Shown here: positions 36,943 through 50,580 of the stretch, piece by piece
How positions within the stretch are numbered: the stretch's first letter is position 1
Layout of the letters: the number at the start of each line of letters is the position of its first letter
The notes under the pieces: model-generated
Seen by the model: only the letters and a program-made list of their open reading frames with translations
Told to the model about the DNA's origin: nothing
Databases searched by the model: none
Position numbers and translations under genes: made by a program
NCBI RefSeq assembly: GCF_018977255.1
Contig: NW_024704742.1
Span: forward strand, 99,822,001 to 99,886,000
Source of the DNA: Callorhinchus milii
Taxonomy: Eukaryota
DNA: 64,000 nucleotides
Direction: 5' to 3'

Positions 36943-39158
36943 GTGTCTCCAAACTGATGTTGCAATTTGAGGGACATCAATGATGTTCCCCCCCCATTAT
37001 TTTCTCTCTGGTTGTTTCCTCTTTCATTCCTCCTTCATTTCCTCACCTGCTGTCCCCATGCCTGTATTTTCCAGCAGGAGGTTACTGGATAGCAATAAGG
37101 AGCTGGTGCCTTGACTGGTTTCCCTTCCACCCCCTTAGTCCAGAGGGAACATCTAATATAATTTTTTTGTTACACTTTTGTTTATTATTCAAATTTCAGA
37201 TTTTTTATCAAAAAATAATATGGCAATATTACCCGTGCAGTGTTCCCTGTATAACGTTGGTCTAAAAATAAACGAACGAAATGAATGTCAGAGATTTACG
37301 TGATAATAAACAGGAGTTTGTAACTGAAGTTTACTTTTCAAATAATTCTAAAAGGAGCTGCAACTCTGACCCAATCTACAACAATCACACACTCACACAC
37401 ACACACACAAGTACTAGGATACAGATGGCACGTCAAATCCATCACCAGTTGATTGGAATAGATTACTGAGTTGATGGAGCTGTGGGATTAGGAATGCCTT
37501 TCTGCAGGAGACTGTGAACACAGCCCCATAATAATGATGATAGGTTATTGCCTGAATGCTCTGCAGAACCAAACAGCGCAGTGCAGAGAAATCCTCCTCG
37601 GGCATTCTGCAAATCAGCAGAGATAAAAACAACTGTTATGTGCATAATACTTGCTACATACCACCACAATTCGTACATCGTGGCTTACGCTTCGAGAACC
37701 TCAAGCTCACACCAACATTTTTTAAACAAAATAATTTTTTTAGGGTGCAGTAAAAACAAACATCTAATCTAAGCTAACCTTTGCTGACCCGTGCCAGCTT
37801 TGTACAAAGACGGCGTTTTTCTTCAAACAAAAATAGGTTTTTATGGAGGCAGAGAGGTTTCCTGTGTTTCTAATAAAAAGAAGACGGCAGTCAAACGTGG
37901 CAGTATTTTTAGATTCTGCTGTCATGTAAAAAGCATAAAGTGTATTGGAAATTAAATTGGACTAGAAAGGTTAATACAGAGGGATAGGGCAGCTTTAACA
38001 CCCAACGCTAATGCCATCTTTTGAAACATAATACTGTAGTGGAATAAATAAGATCTTGCACGTTGTGGATTGAATATTTTCACCAGCTTTAACCTTGCTT
38101 TCTTGAGTGGCATTTGCCTGCAACTTTGTCATTTGTCCTTTGAGATGAATGACATACAGCACACAATGCACAAAGCACTGTGCATAAATTAAACACACCA
38201 CTGGGGCCTCAGCCAAACAGGGAAAAGATGTCAATTAGCACCAATTATTTCCATGTCCAACGAGAATCCAGCTTCACCCCCTTTTCCCACTCCCCCTGTG
38301 AAGATCATATCAGTTCCGAAAATCATGGCGATTTGCTGTTGTGTGTTTATACAGCTTACAGCGGTATTGTGGGATTATTCTAAAGCTGGGTTTGCTGCAT
38401 TAACACTAGATTTGTGCACCCACTTAATTCAGATGTAATACAGAAATTTGATTGAATGACTGCACGTGACCCAGTTAACTAAGAGTGCAGTCCACCATCC
38501 TAATTTATGATCATGTACCTATTGACCTTAATGAAAGAACACAAAAGGACTGTTATAATGCTAATGTATGCCTGCAAGCGGTCTCGCTCACGCTGTGACT
38601 AATCATTGCTCTGCATTAGACTGCAGAAAGCAATCAGATCCAGTGCTTCATGGTGAACTTTATGTACTCTTTCTAATACTTAAATAAATCCTTTTTTGAG
38701 TCAGGAAATGCACCTGATAAGTCAGTTCAGTTCAGGCTCAGTTCAACTGCTCAAACTGACCTGCACCCAGTTTTATGACTGTGCTCTCAGCCTTTTGTTC
38801 TCACCCACTACAATAGTTCCTTTGAAATCTTAAACAGGAGAAATTTCATCTCTGAGTTGTAATCTCAGTGAAATGATGTTAGATTGAATTGATTGTGTAC
38901 CAGCTACTGGAAGTAAATCATGTTAGTCACAGCAAAGTCACTTAACAGCAGTATAATTGTAACCTGTTTTATAAGGTACCTCAATAAATAATGCATATAA
39001 AATATAATAAAAGGTACAAGAGGTCAAATGTGTAATTCGATCTGGGATTCAATAATGTCATTTTAACTTTCGAGAAAACACATGAGGGTTTATAACGTTG
39101 TGAATTTTGACAGATTTGTGAATTGAAAAACACGATAGCCATTGCTTTAATTCTCTCT

Positions 39159-39342
39159 GATGTACCACTGTAGATGTACTATAAAACTGTGATATACTAC
39201 TGAAGGTGTACTATAAAAAATAGATATACTACCATATGCATACCTATATGTTTATTGCAAAACTATGGTATACCACTGTATGTATGTCTCTATGTTTATT
39301 ATAAAACTTTGATATACAGTTTTACTGCAGATGTACTATACC
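39159..39342. repeat. Degenerate minisatellite, unit about 31-40 bp
   Basis: Recurring GATATACTACTG..GATGTACTATAAAAC units. Confidence 0.7.
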
Positions 39343-41139
39343 ATTGCCTACACTTTTCAGTAAAGTGCTTTGAGACGTTTTGATGACATGATAATCCACT
39401 ATATCAAATGCAAGGATTGTTATAATCCAGCACTGCAAGTTTGACTATAAAACGTTCCTAATACATTACTGATGGTGCTCTCTAATACAATGCTGCAGAT
39501 CTAACTAAAAAACTATGGCATGCAGGCTAGGACGAGGGGGAAAAAATCAATCAGGATTCTAACTCCTGATCAGTATCGAGTGAGCTTCGCTGGAAAGATG
39601 ACAATAATTAAAATACAGAAGTTAATTGTCTATGCACATTTGTGGGCCATGTTAAGGGGCCATGTTCCTAGGATCACTAGAAAAAGACTCATAACTTTCT
39701 CACATAATGCACAGTATATACAAGTAAGTGGGGATCATTGTGTATATTAGACAACATGACAATGTCAGTATCTCCCTGCTTCATCATGAAGCAACAAAAC
39801 ACATGAACCACAAAGACTCTGGTACAATTGAGTATTTTATGAATATTTATTGGATAAAAAGCACACACAAACACAAACATACACACATACTTGTAATGCT
39901 CAGCTGAGGTCTATTGGGACATATTTAAATGCTGTTATAATGGGCCTAAAGCAGGAATCTAATTATGAAAGGTTAAACTCAAAATAATCTTGTGAGTGTA
40001 TTTCTATGTTGTTATTTTTAGTAAATGAAGACATAATTTACTGAAGTATTTTATGCTTATAGAGTCAGTATGAAAAGGTATTAACAGTACTTAAGCGCAC
40101 ACATTTAGATGACAGTTATCTTTCAGTGGTGGTTGGAGAGGGTCCCATAGGATAGTGCACTCAGAGGAAATGTGATGTTATTACAGAAGATTAACCCATA
40201 CAACAGCCATTTACCTTTACTCTTTCTGCACTAACCCCCCCACCACCACCCCCACACTCAGCCCGCCTCCCCCCTCCCCCTAACCACCACAATGAAAAGC
40301 AGCATTTCCTTATGTGCCAACAGTAGCATATTACCATCTCATTTTAAAGCTAATTTAGAGCCATTTAATATGAGCATTTTAATTCAGAAGACAATAACCT
40401 TCCCCCTCTCCTTAAAAAAAATGGGTAATGGCGGAGAAACATTTTGCCCAGTTTCTTTCTGTTGGCTACAAACTGATACCAAATGTTTGCTGGTTTCCAA
40501 CAGATGTGTTAAAAATACAGGAAGATCTGATTATCAATCTGAAAATAGATACTGGAGCTAAAAAGAGAATTTACAGAGGCCACTGACATTGGCTTGTTTT
40601 GATGCTTTCAAAGGGTGGGACTAGTTTTGTATACTGTGTAATGATTTTATAATATAATCATTTCACATAAGGATTCATTTAATTCTAAGATGTAATGAGA
40701 GAGAATAGAGTTAGTGGAACAAAAATCCCAGGACCTATTCAAACTTTAATGGTGGCTTGCATGTTTCCCTCACCCCCCAGTGGTTCTTAAGGTCCTTAAT
40801 TATTATTCTTTGCAGACAGTTTAATTTCTTAGTCTAGACTGTAAAGGCTCAACACACTTCCTGCCAGCTAGCTGTGAATTCCAAGTGCTCATTTCTTTAA
40901 TATTAGATCAGGGTTTGCTGGTGATTATTTAATATGATTGACATAGTATTTTCTTATCAAGATCAACATCTGCTACCCATCCGTCCCCTGAATAAGAGAG
41001 AACCAATTTCAGCTGTTCCAGTATTCAGCCCTACCCCCTATTTACCTCCTTCTTTAGAAAATGTCTCTATGTTGACCCTTCTGTCCTGGTGATACTGACT
41101 GATACTATTATGACATGTGACACGATGGTCTTGGCTGGT

Positions 41140-41518
41140 GTGTCTAATTGGTGTCCTTCGGATGAGATGTTTAACCGAGGTCCCATCTGCCTGTGCAGGT
41201 GGATGTAAAAGATCCCATAGTTCGAAAATAGGAAGGAATTTTTCTGGTGTCCTGGCAAACAATCTCCCCAAATAAATTTTAAAAAGTCATTCACTTTATA
41301 GCTGTTTGTGGGAATATTGCTAACAACAACAACAACAACAACTTGCATTTATATAGTGCCCTTCATGCCAGACGGGGTCTCGGCGCGCTTAAGCGCAAAT
41401 TGTCTCCTGCGTTCACCTACAAAATACACAGTCACTCCACTTTACAGCTGATCCTGTAAAGTGCTTTGAGATATCTCAACGACATAATAAGGTGCTATTT
41501 CAAATGCAAGGATTATTA
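41140..41518 (+). mobile_element. Old DeuSINE interrupted by an antisense L2 tail (about 41323-41390)
   Basis: GGATGAGATGTTTAACCGAGGTCCC core; (AAC)n-led antisense tail splits TTGCT/GCGCAAATTG. Confidence 0.8.
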
Positions 41519-41958
41519 AAGGAATATTATTAATGATAATTTAACATGTCAGACCAGATTTTGCAGTTAATCCTAACCCAGGACACGATCCTGATCAGCA
41601 GCATTGTTTCTGGTCTCTCTGCACCTGCTTGACTCCCCCATCTTACCCCACTTTGCAGCGTCTCCCAATTGCTCAGAGAAGGCTAGATCCTTCCAATAAG
41701 AAAATCAGTTACTGATGACTGAAAATCATTCCTTTTACATCATCTAGAAACACCGAATTCTTGTGATTACTGTCAGTTCACTGAATCCAGCAACATTTAT
41801 TCATCACGATAAAAAAAACAAGATAACTGTAACTGTCAGTGTTAATTGGGCTAATAGAGAAACAGATGGTGTGTTACAACTATTTGCTTTTCTTTTCCTC
41901 TCCAATTTTCACCCCTTGTCTGAACACAATTGACTGATCCTCCCATCCAGAGTACAAA

Positions 41959-42283
41959 TATCAGCTTGACTCAGTTAGTAACACTCTCTTCTGAGCCAGA
42001 AAGTTGTGGGTTCAAGTCCTGCATCAGGACTTTGAATTTGTATGTTCTAGGTTGGCACTCGCTTGGTTGATCACCTTATCTGAGAATGACATTATTAGAG
42101 GTGTCATCCTTTGGATGAGATGCTAAAGCAAGATCCCGTTTGCTTGTTCTGTTAAATATCCAATAGCATAATTCAAAAAGAGAAGGGAGTTACTCCCAAT
42201 ATCCTGGTCAACAATCAAATACAATTAGTCATTCCCATCACGGCTGTTTGAGAGACATTATATCAAAAGCAAGGATTATCATT
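41959..42283 (+). mobile_element. Old DeuSINE, internally deleted
   Basis: TCAGCTTGACTCAG..GTTGTGGGTTCAAGTCC head and core. Confidence 0.7.
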
Positions 42284-45200
42284 AACATCGTTCCACAGGT
42301 ACCAGGATCCAACTGGTACCTCACCTAAGTGGCTTTTACTATTGTGCATGCTTTAACAGTGAGTGTAAGGTTCCTACTTAAGCAGAGGAGGTATCACAGC
42401 CAAGCCTGATCCTGCCTTAGGGTTCATGCAGCTCATTAGATACTAAACCTAGGCTGGGTAAAGAAAGAAAATCAGCCCAGGAGTGGCAAGTATGGCTTTA
42501 TTTTCTCCTCTCCAGTGGGGGGGTTCTGAGTGGGGCTCATTGTGATACCCTTGTTAGGGTTTCAATCTTTGCATTTGATATAACGTCTTGCATGTCGGAA
42601 GGATGTCTCAACATGCTTCAAAGGATTTACTGTGAAGTGTATTTTGTAGGTGAACATTACTAACTTGTTTTTATTGTGGCAAGTTTTTTTAAATTATTTT
42701 TATTCATTATTTATTTCTATATTTATTATTTAGTTTTATTAATATTCATTGAAGTTTTTAATTGTGCTTCATGTCCAAGTCTCTCGCACTGCTGCCGAAC
42801 AGAATCACAGCCGACCTGGCATGTCATCTTATGAAATGCTGTGCCATAATAATTCTAGCAATAATCAGTTAGCAAGCTATTCAGCATTTTAAACTCATTC
42901 ACTGGTTCCACAAGAGTGCCGTAAATGTCTCAGTTTCCACAGAATGTTTTCACAAAACCAATAAATTTCAGCGGACGGATTATTACAAGCTAAACAAACC
43001 ATTCATGTCAAAACTTTGACTAATTGCCTCTAGTAGTTTTCAGCCTTTTTACATTGTTATCCAGTTCTTCCCTACCTTATAATTTCTAATGTTGCAGAAG
43101 TAAAACAAATCTATTCAACAGAAGTTCCACAGAAGGATGAAAAATGTGATAGGCGATCACATTACCAAAAATTGCAGCCCAAGACAGTGATTAGTTATCA
43201 ACTGGTTTGGGTGTGAACATTCTTTCCTCCCTTCCCCCACATGACTTTTAGCACAAGGGTTTGGCTTGAAACCAGGTAAAGTCTCCGACCGCCACCACTG
43301 TTAGCAATGCTTCATTCCCGCTACAGGCCCATCATCGTTAGGGTGCTGTTCAAAGCTATGCCATGAACTGCCATGCCCTATGGGTGCCAATAATAACAGC
43401 ATTGGTTAGAGGCTTTGTGCTAAACCATTATGCTAACATTGAAGGGGCTGATCACACCCAGTCAATAATTAAAGATTGTTTTACACTGCAATTTTCAGCA
43501 TTGTGATAATAATTTTACATATAAGATTACAGCATGGAAGCAGGCCATTTTGGCCCAACCTCTCCTAGTCCCCTCTCCCATTACATTCCCTTCTCCCTCA
43601 TGTATACATCAGGCTTCCTCTTAAATGTATTGATGCTTTCTGCTTGAACCACAGGTTCAGGCAGTGAGTTCCACATTTCTACTTGACCACTGTCCTAACC
43701 TGTCCTGTCCCCTCTGCCTGACTCAGATAACAAATTACTGAGAGCACAGAGCACCACAGAAGATTATTGTGAATTCTGATCCTTCTTTGCCAGGCATGTC
43801 AACTTTTACCTCTCTCCCAAGAAGTATAGTCACCGGTTGACCATTAGATGTCTGACAAGTGCAGCTTTGAAGCCTCATGAGGTGGATAACTGATGCCAAA
43901 TAATTCATGAGTTGTGGCCAGAAGGACAGCAGCAATACACAAATGCACATTATGCCGAGGTGTGCTGCTGACCCATAGATAACAATAAGAAAACTCTAAA
44001 GAGCATAAACAGTTTTATTTCAAAATAACCTTTACACGACAAGCTACAAAGAATAACACGTTTCTGGTAAGTTCAAGGTGGTAATTCAATCTCTGTGGTT
44101 TTAGTTCAATTTTTTTGCTCTTGTGGTTTACGAGATCAGAAACACAGGATTGAATTACTGTCTCGTAACTCAATTTATTAGCCTAGCACATATTTTCTTT
44201 TTGGAGGAAAGGGTTACAAGGAAGTCATTTTCACCAAATGTAACCAAACACGATACATAATGAAAGAGTAAGCAACGTACATTGTCCACTACACACTGGT
44301 GATTAAATGTAGTTGCGTCAGATCATAACCACATGTATGGGGTTAGCTCCTGCTGTGGGTGGACTGAGCTGTAGGAGCAATTAGCCCACGCAGACCAATC
44401 TACATAAATGAGTCATCTGATGAATTTCTCATGATGAGTTTCAAATAATATTTAGAGTAAATATATTGCTATGTTTTGGGGCCCAATCCATGATCCCAGG
44501 GATTTTGTAATAATTTTGGACTTTAACCCCTATTGCCTGGTTACACTGCGCTGTGTCAGTCTAATCCATGGAGATTCTAAGTGAGCTGGCTGGCTAACTT
44601 GGAAAGGGGAAAATACACAGCTGTTCTCAACGGGATTCACTGATAAAAACTCGGATTCCTGTGAGTCAGTTGTAGCACAACACCAGATACCAGCAGAATT
44701 TCCTTACACTGACTCGGAGTCAGTATCAATATAAATAGTGGACAGGATTTATACAAAACAACCTTAAGTCTTCAACTGTTAAAAACATGCTGGGCCTTTC
44801 TGCCCTCCAATCTCTTGACACCAGCATTCTCTGTTGTGAGGTACTGGGCTCAAATGCTCAACAAGTTTCCTTAGCAGTGTTTCTTTTGGGACGTCCTCCT
44901 GATGTGAAAGGCACTATATAAACGTAAATGTGTACAGTATATAAATCCATTTTACAGTATATCCTATGAAGCGCTTTGAGATGTCTCAACAATATAATAA
45001 GGTCCTATACCAAATACAATAATCTAATAATCAAATTATTAGAATAATCATGTGACAATGTGTGATTTGATGCTACATCAAATGCAAAGAGTATTTTTGT
45101 TATTATAATCATGTGTATTGAGGGGGGATGTTCAAATGCAATGACATTCTTTCTAAACATATTGTTAAATTCTAAGGTGCCTCTACACATTTACTGCAGT

Positions 45201-45502
45201 ACCATTCTGATGTCTTAATGAGGTTTATATAAGATTTACCTTTATTTATCTTTGTTATTAGTTTACAAAGGGTAAATAATGGAACATTTTTTGGACAACT
45301 TAGTTCAATATTTCCTTCATTTTATGGTTCTATTTTATTGAAAGCCTGGATGCAGTTATTTGATAAACAAAATACTCAGAGCTAAACCGCAAACCTGTCA
45401 ACTGGTGGGTATATGCCCAAAACTGGCTTAATTGATCTTGGCATTGAGAATGGAGTTGGTAAGAAGTGAGACAGATCTGTTTTGGTCATAATTGGGCTAT
45501 TT

Positions 45503-45810
45503 GGAGTCCTGTAGCTCAGTGGTTAGAGCACTCGCTTTGCAAGCGAGAGACCTGAGTTCAATTCCAGGCAGAGGGCGAAACCTTGGGCAAGTTTCCTTAC
45601 TCCACACGCCTAATTAATAATCCCTCCAAAAAACAAAATAATAATAAATTGGTCATTTTCAATCTACGACTGTTTGTGGGACATTGCTGTGCGCAATTGG
45701 CTGCCGCGTTCGCCCACAAATATACAGTCAATTCACTTTACAGTGTGTTCTGTGAAGCGCTTTGGGACGTCCTCCCGACGTGAAAAGCACTATATCAAAT
45801 GCAAGGATTA
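45503..45810 (+). mobile_element. tRNA-derived SINE, young short subfamily, full length
   Basis: Near-identical to 25262-25588. Confidence 0.95.
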
Positions 45811-46662
45811 TTTATTCATAGCTTTTTATTTAATCATCTGGGTGTCTGACACACGCAGAAACCCATCACCATACTTAAGAATATCCCAACCAGATTGAAA
45901 GTTCCATGCATGTTACCTATACATGGAAATTCCTGTGTCTGGAATGGAATGTGCCCTCTCTCTCCCTGGAGGAACGCACCCTAATGATCTAATTCTGGAG
46001 AGTATTAGGTGTAGATTTGGCATGAGCCAAAGTTTGGGGACTCCAGAATATGTGCTAGGGTACCGCTGGACTTTAACCAACTAAAACCACGTAATGTGTC
46101 ATCGAGAGGTCCCTCTGGCAAGCTTCTGGTCTCTTGTCCAGCTAGAGTCACAAGCACTTGTCTTTCTTAAGACGTATGTCTTTGACGTTCGGTCATTTTT
46201 CCCTTCCCACCCCTTTGGCTCCCATCCCCAGCTTGGGTACCCAGCCAGCAGTGTTGAGCTTTGAGAAGTCCTCCAGACGTGAAAGGCGCTATATAAATGT
46301 AAATTGTATTGTATATCTGAGATACTGTATATGATTTTCTAAATTTACTTGTCTAAGGTTTGTATAATGGAGGTTCACTATGCAATTTAATACAGTGGTT
46401 ATAGCCGATTACATGCATCCTTGATCAGCTCTTTTTGGAAACAAACACTGTTGCTATGCAACAGCTCCTATTAAACCTGTACTACCCACTATATTGCAAA
46501 GATTTATATCAGACCTCGCCACACAATGAAAAGCCCCTTAATCGTGTACATCTGTCCTTTGCTAATGAACACTGATGAAGGCTGTAACAATTGGCTGAAT
46601 TGTACGTAGCTAATCATTTTCTCACAGCGCCTAAAAAGTGCCATCTGCGCACCTTCAATACT

Positions 46663-47318
46663 GGGGTGAAAAACATGAGGTCACCGGTGATGATTATCAC
46701 ATCTTCGAAAATTGCTGTTGAGCCAGTCAATAATTATTGACTGTCACAGGATATTTCCGATCCTTTAAAAAAACAGCACAGAACAAGGCCATTTGAGCCT
46801 ATATCAGTACAAGGTGTCAGCCTGGTTCATTTGGTAGCACTCTTGCTTGTGAGTCAAAGGTTGTGGGTTCAAGCCCCAGGTCAGGACTGTGTGAACTCTT
46901 ATAGTCTAGACTCCAGTGTAGTGAGAGGGCAAGAATGTCGGAGGTGCCATACTTAGCACTGACTTGTACTTACTGGTTAAACCGAAGTCCCAACTGCCTA
47001 TTCAGGAGGACGTCATGGCACTATTTGAAAAGAGAAGGGAAATTTTCCCAGTGTCCTGGCCAACAATCCCCCAAATAAAATTGCTCATTCATTTCATGGC
47101 TGTTTGTGGGACTTGCTATGTGCAAATTGGGTGTCACATTCCCCTGGAAAATTACAGTCATTACTATTTAACAGTGAATCCTGTGAAGCACTTTGAGACA
47201 GCCTCCTGTGACAATGAAAAATACTAAATCAAATACAAGGATTATTTTACTTTATTATTTGACTATTGACTGGCTCACCGCAGATAATTATCACATCACC
47301 TTTCACAATTTTCACCCC
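46663..47318. mobile_element. Palindromic MITE-like element split by a DeuSINE
   Basis: GGGGTGAAAA/TTTTCACCCC ends; inner GAGCCAGTCAATA/TATTGACTGGCTC pair. Confidence 0.65.
46815..47246 (+). mobile_element. Old full-length DeuSINE
   Basis: Homologous to 33876-34315 throughout. Confidence 0.8.
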
Positions 47319-48869
47319 CGCAGCTGCTTAATGATTCTACATTTCCTCTATTAACTGCTGTTTCCAATACCAGTGCAAAAGAGATCCTTTTATGGGTTTG
47401 GTATCTTCATTTTATTCAGCTCACTGGATGATCCTTGTTGGAAAATTGACTGTGCTGAAAGCCCAATCAGCATATGGTTACTGGCCTGCGCCCACTCCCA
47501 TTAAATCATTGCCACTGCTGTTTAAATAACTAAAACGTGCCTACTGACTCACCTTTCTGTCAGCTATAACTGCAAAGAGAGTCTCCAGTAGTCTGCTGCT
47601 CACTCTCTCTATGTGTCTAGCACCAAAGCCAAAAAAACAAACTCCTGCAGTCTTAGGTTAATTTCAGTTCACTTGTGATTCAATCTAGTAGGAATGCAGT
47701 AATTTCCTCCCCCACTACCACCCCCCCCCCCCCGCCTTAAAACACCCTTTATTAAAAAAATTACCAGACGCAACCAGTCATTGAAAAACAGTCAAGCAAA
47801 AGCTCCACTGAAACCTGTGTGGACAAGCAAAGTTTTCACGGAATTATCCCACCAGAAGAATGTGTAATTACTGTGCACAACAAGGCTCTATTATGCCTTT
47901 CAATGATCTTCCCTCTCCCGCCCTGAAGTGCTCCAGTAATAGCACAGTAGTTATCTGAAATTCTGCCCAACACGTTTTAGAGTGAGCTAGGCAATAGACA
48001 GGCTGAATTAGAGCCTTTTACAAAACACTCTGCGGCTAAGTAATAAAGCGATATTACATAAAGATAGATCATGATAGCACTTGGATACAATGCCGTTAGG
48101 AGACAAGGGAGGGGGCGAGGGAGTGAAGTCATTAGAATAAATGAAAGCTGTAGAGAAACAGTTTCTTAGTCAACTGTGAGATGAAAAGTCGAGTCAGGTA
48201 TTAAAAGATAAAGCTGAATTGTATCCTGACTCCAATCTGCTTTTTAACAACACCACAGTGTTATTTGTTTCAATTCAAAGACAGTCAAGGAGACATTTGC
48301 CTGGTCTTGTTATCACATTTGTTAAGTAATGCAGAATTTATTCATTTCAAGCTTGACCCGATTATTGATGCATTTTTGTTAACATACTATTACTCTTAAT
48401 CTTCTTCTTGAATACGGGGGATAGGAGGAGGACATGGTGTTAAAATCAAATACAGCACCGTTGTCACACCTTCACCTGCATAACAAATCTGTAAAAGAAC
48501 CACAACAGTAACAACTTGCATATATATAGCGCCCATCACTCAGGGTAGTGCATAGAGCACTGAGATCTTAAAATAACCTGCAGAAAAGCATCAGACTGAA
48601 CTTAATAAATTACCAAATTCTGCAGACTTTGAAACACTAATGAAATAATGTAACTCCAGGCTCAGGTTGAATTTCTCCTGCAATATGGTTCTGTGGACTC
48701 TTTTTTTCCTTATTGCGATTAAGGCCAGGTGGAATTTAACAACCCTCACCCTGCTTTGTTCTCAAGCACAATATTTTTTCTAGTTCTGTTTGGTTCATGC
48801 CCACAACCAAGCTGAACTAATCCAAGTGCAGACTCTCTGATTGTACCAATGGAACCTATCAATCACTGG

Positions 48870-49310
48870 ATCACAAGAGAGATTTGGTGGAAGAGATCCT
48901 TTGGCCCATTTGATCTCATCCTTCTGGGCCCTACCATCTTCCCATTAGAATATCAAGCTGTATTTTAAACAACTTGAAAAAAAGGCCTCAACAACTCTTT
49001 CTGGTGACCCATTCCAGCTGTTAATTACCCTCTGGGTGAAGAATTGCTTCCTAGTGCTTGTCCTGAAGTTGTCCTTTACCCTGAACCTGAGTCCTCTTGT
49101 TCTATTATTGCAGTGCATTCAAAAGTATTTTTCTGGGATTACTTTCTCAATCCTTTTTAAAATCTTATATACCTCTGTAAAGTCTCCCCTGCAATGTCTC
49201 TTTTCAAGACTGAAGAGCTCCAGCTTATCTAATCATTGTTCATAGATCATTCCCCTAACACGAGAGATCATCCTCATTGCTCTCCTCTGCACTGGCTCCA
49301 GGGCCTGAGA
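48870..49310 (-). mobile_element. CR1 LINE 3' fragment
   Basis: Antisense of LELFSLEKR.L.GD..EVYKILKG and RV.N.WN motifs. Confidence 0.8.
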
Positions 49311-50249
49311 GAAGTGTCTTCTTTCAATTGGTTGATTTACACTTTAGTAAAAGTGCACATTTCAGTCAGAAGCTGAAGTGTTGTGAATGATTGATGGCCC
49401 AACGGTCCACAGACCATTTGCTGAGTTGCTCTGGTGTAAGAGATGACGTGGTTGTACACCATCTCTTATACCATATTACGAGGGCTGTGATGGTACATTT
49501 GATTCTTCCACAGCACTGAATTTAAAGTTCATGACTAAATTGTTGCACATTACTCTTAACAAAAAGTACAGCTGAAAATGTTGAAAGGAAGAACTCATGC
49601 AATAGCTAAGTAGCATCTGAACAACCTGGTTCTTCCGTTTCTTTTACCTAGAAAGCACTTAGAAGAAGGTTCTGATTATAGTACTATTACTGTCAGCTTC
49701 GATGAAGTAAGTACATGATGGGCCAAGATTGTTTTCAAGATTTTATCAATTCACAAAAGAAGCACGGAACAAGAAAAGACCATTTTCACGTCAAGCAAAT
49801 TCCTCTACAAACCATGCATAACTCACTATTACTCCATTATGGGCTAATTGTTCTGGAGCTTGCAGTAGATAATAAGGATGTTAACCACCTTATTGAAGGT
49901 AAACTGCAACTTGTATTTATATAGCACCTTTACATGGGATGGGGTCACAGAGCACTGCACAGTGGCAGGGTTGGACACCGAGAAAGGGGTGGGGGAGAGG
50001 AGGTGACTCTAGGCACGGTCATAGAGCTAAGTCTTAAGGTAGGATTTAAGGATAGATAAAGAGAGGATGAAGTGGAGGGATTGAGGCAGGGAGAATAGTA
50101 TTATAAAATGTATTGATAATTCAAGTAAATAATATATAGAGGATAAATATTATTCATGAGTATCTAGAACAATTAGGTATCAGCCTGGCTCAGTAAATCC
50201 TGTGAAGAGCTTTGAGATGTTCAACAATGTGATAAAATTGTGATAAGGA

Positions 50250-50580
50250 TAATATAGGTGGGGTGTATAGGTGGAATTCGATCTTCCAACAAACTCCCCT
50301 TCATAGAGATGTTGATGTGTAGTTTGTTTACATTGTTAAATAGCGATGTAAAGACAGTGGAAAGGTTTATGTCAATTATTAGGCAATGATTTGATTCAGC
50401 AGAGTCCACACAGTTTTATCAACGGGAACTAGATAGATGCTTGAATAAGAGGAACATTAAAAGGTGTGCAAAATGAGCATGAGAATGCAATTAGATTATA
50501 TCATGTAGAGAAAAATGCTAGTGCAGACTTGATGTGCCAAATGACCTATTCATGAGTGTAACGTTGTATGATGCTATGAA
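50250..50580 (+). mobile_element. CR1 3' end, decayed
   Basis: GGGAACTAGATAGATGCTTG..GACTTGATGTGCCAAATGACCT..TATGATGCTATG tail. Confidence 0.55.

Noticed and set aside
39159..39342. Spaced repeats as a CRISPR-like array
   Set aside because: Degenerate tandem units without unique spacers; vertebrate context, no cas genes
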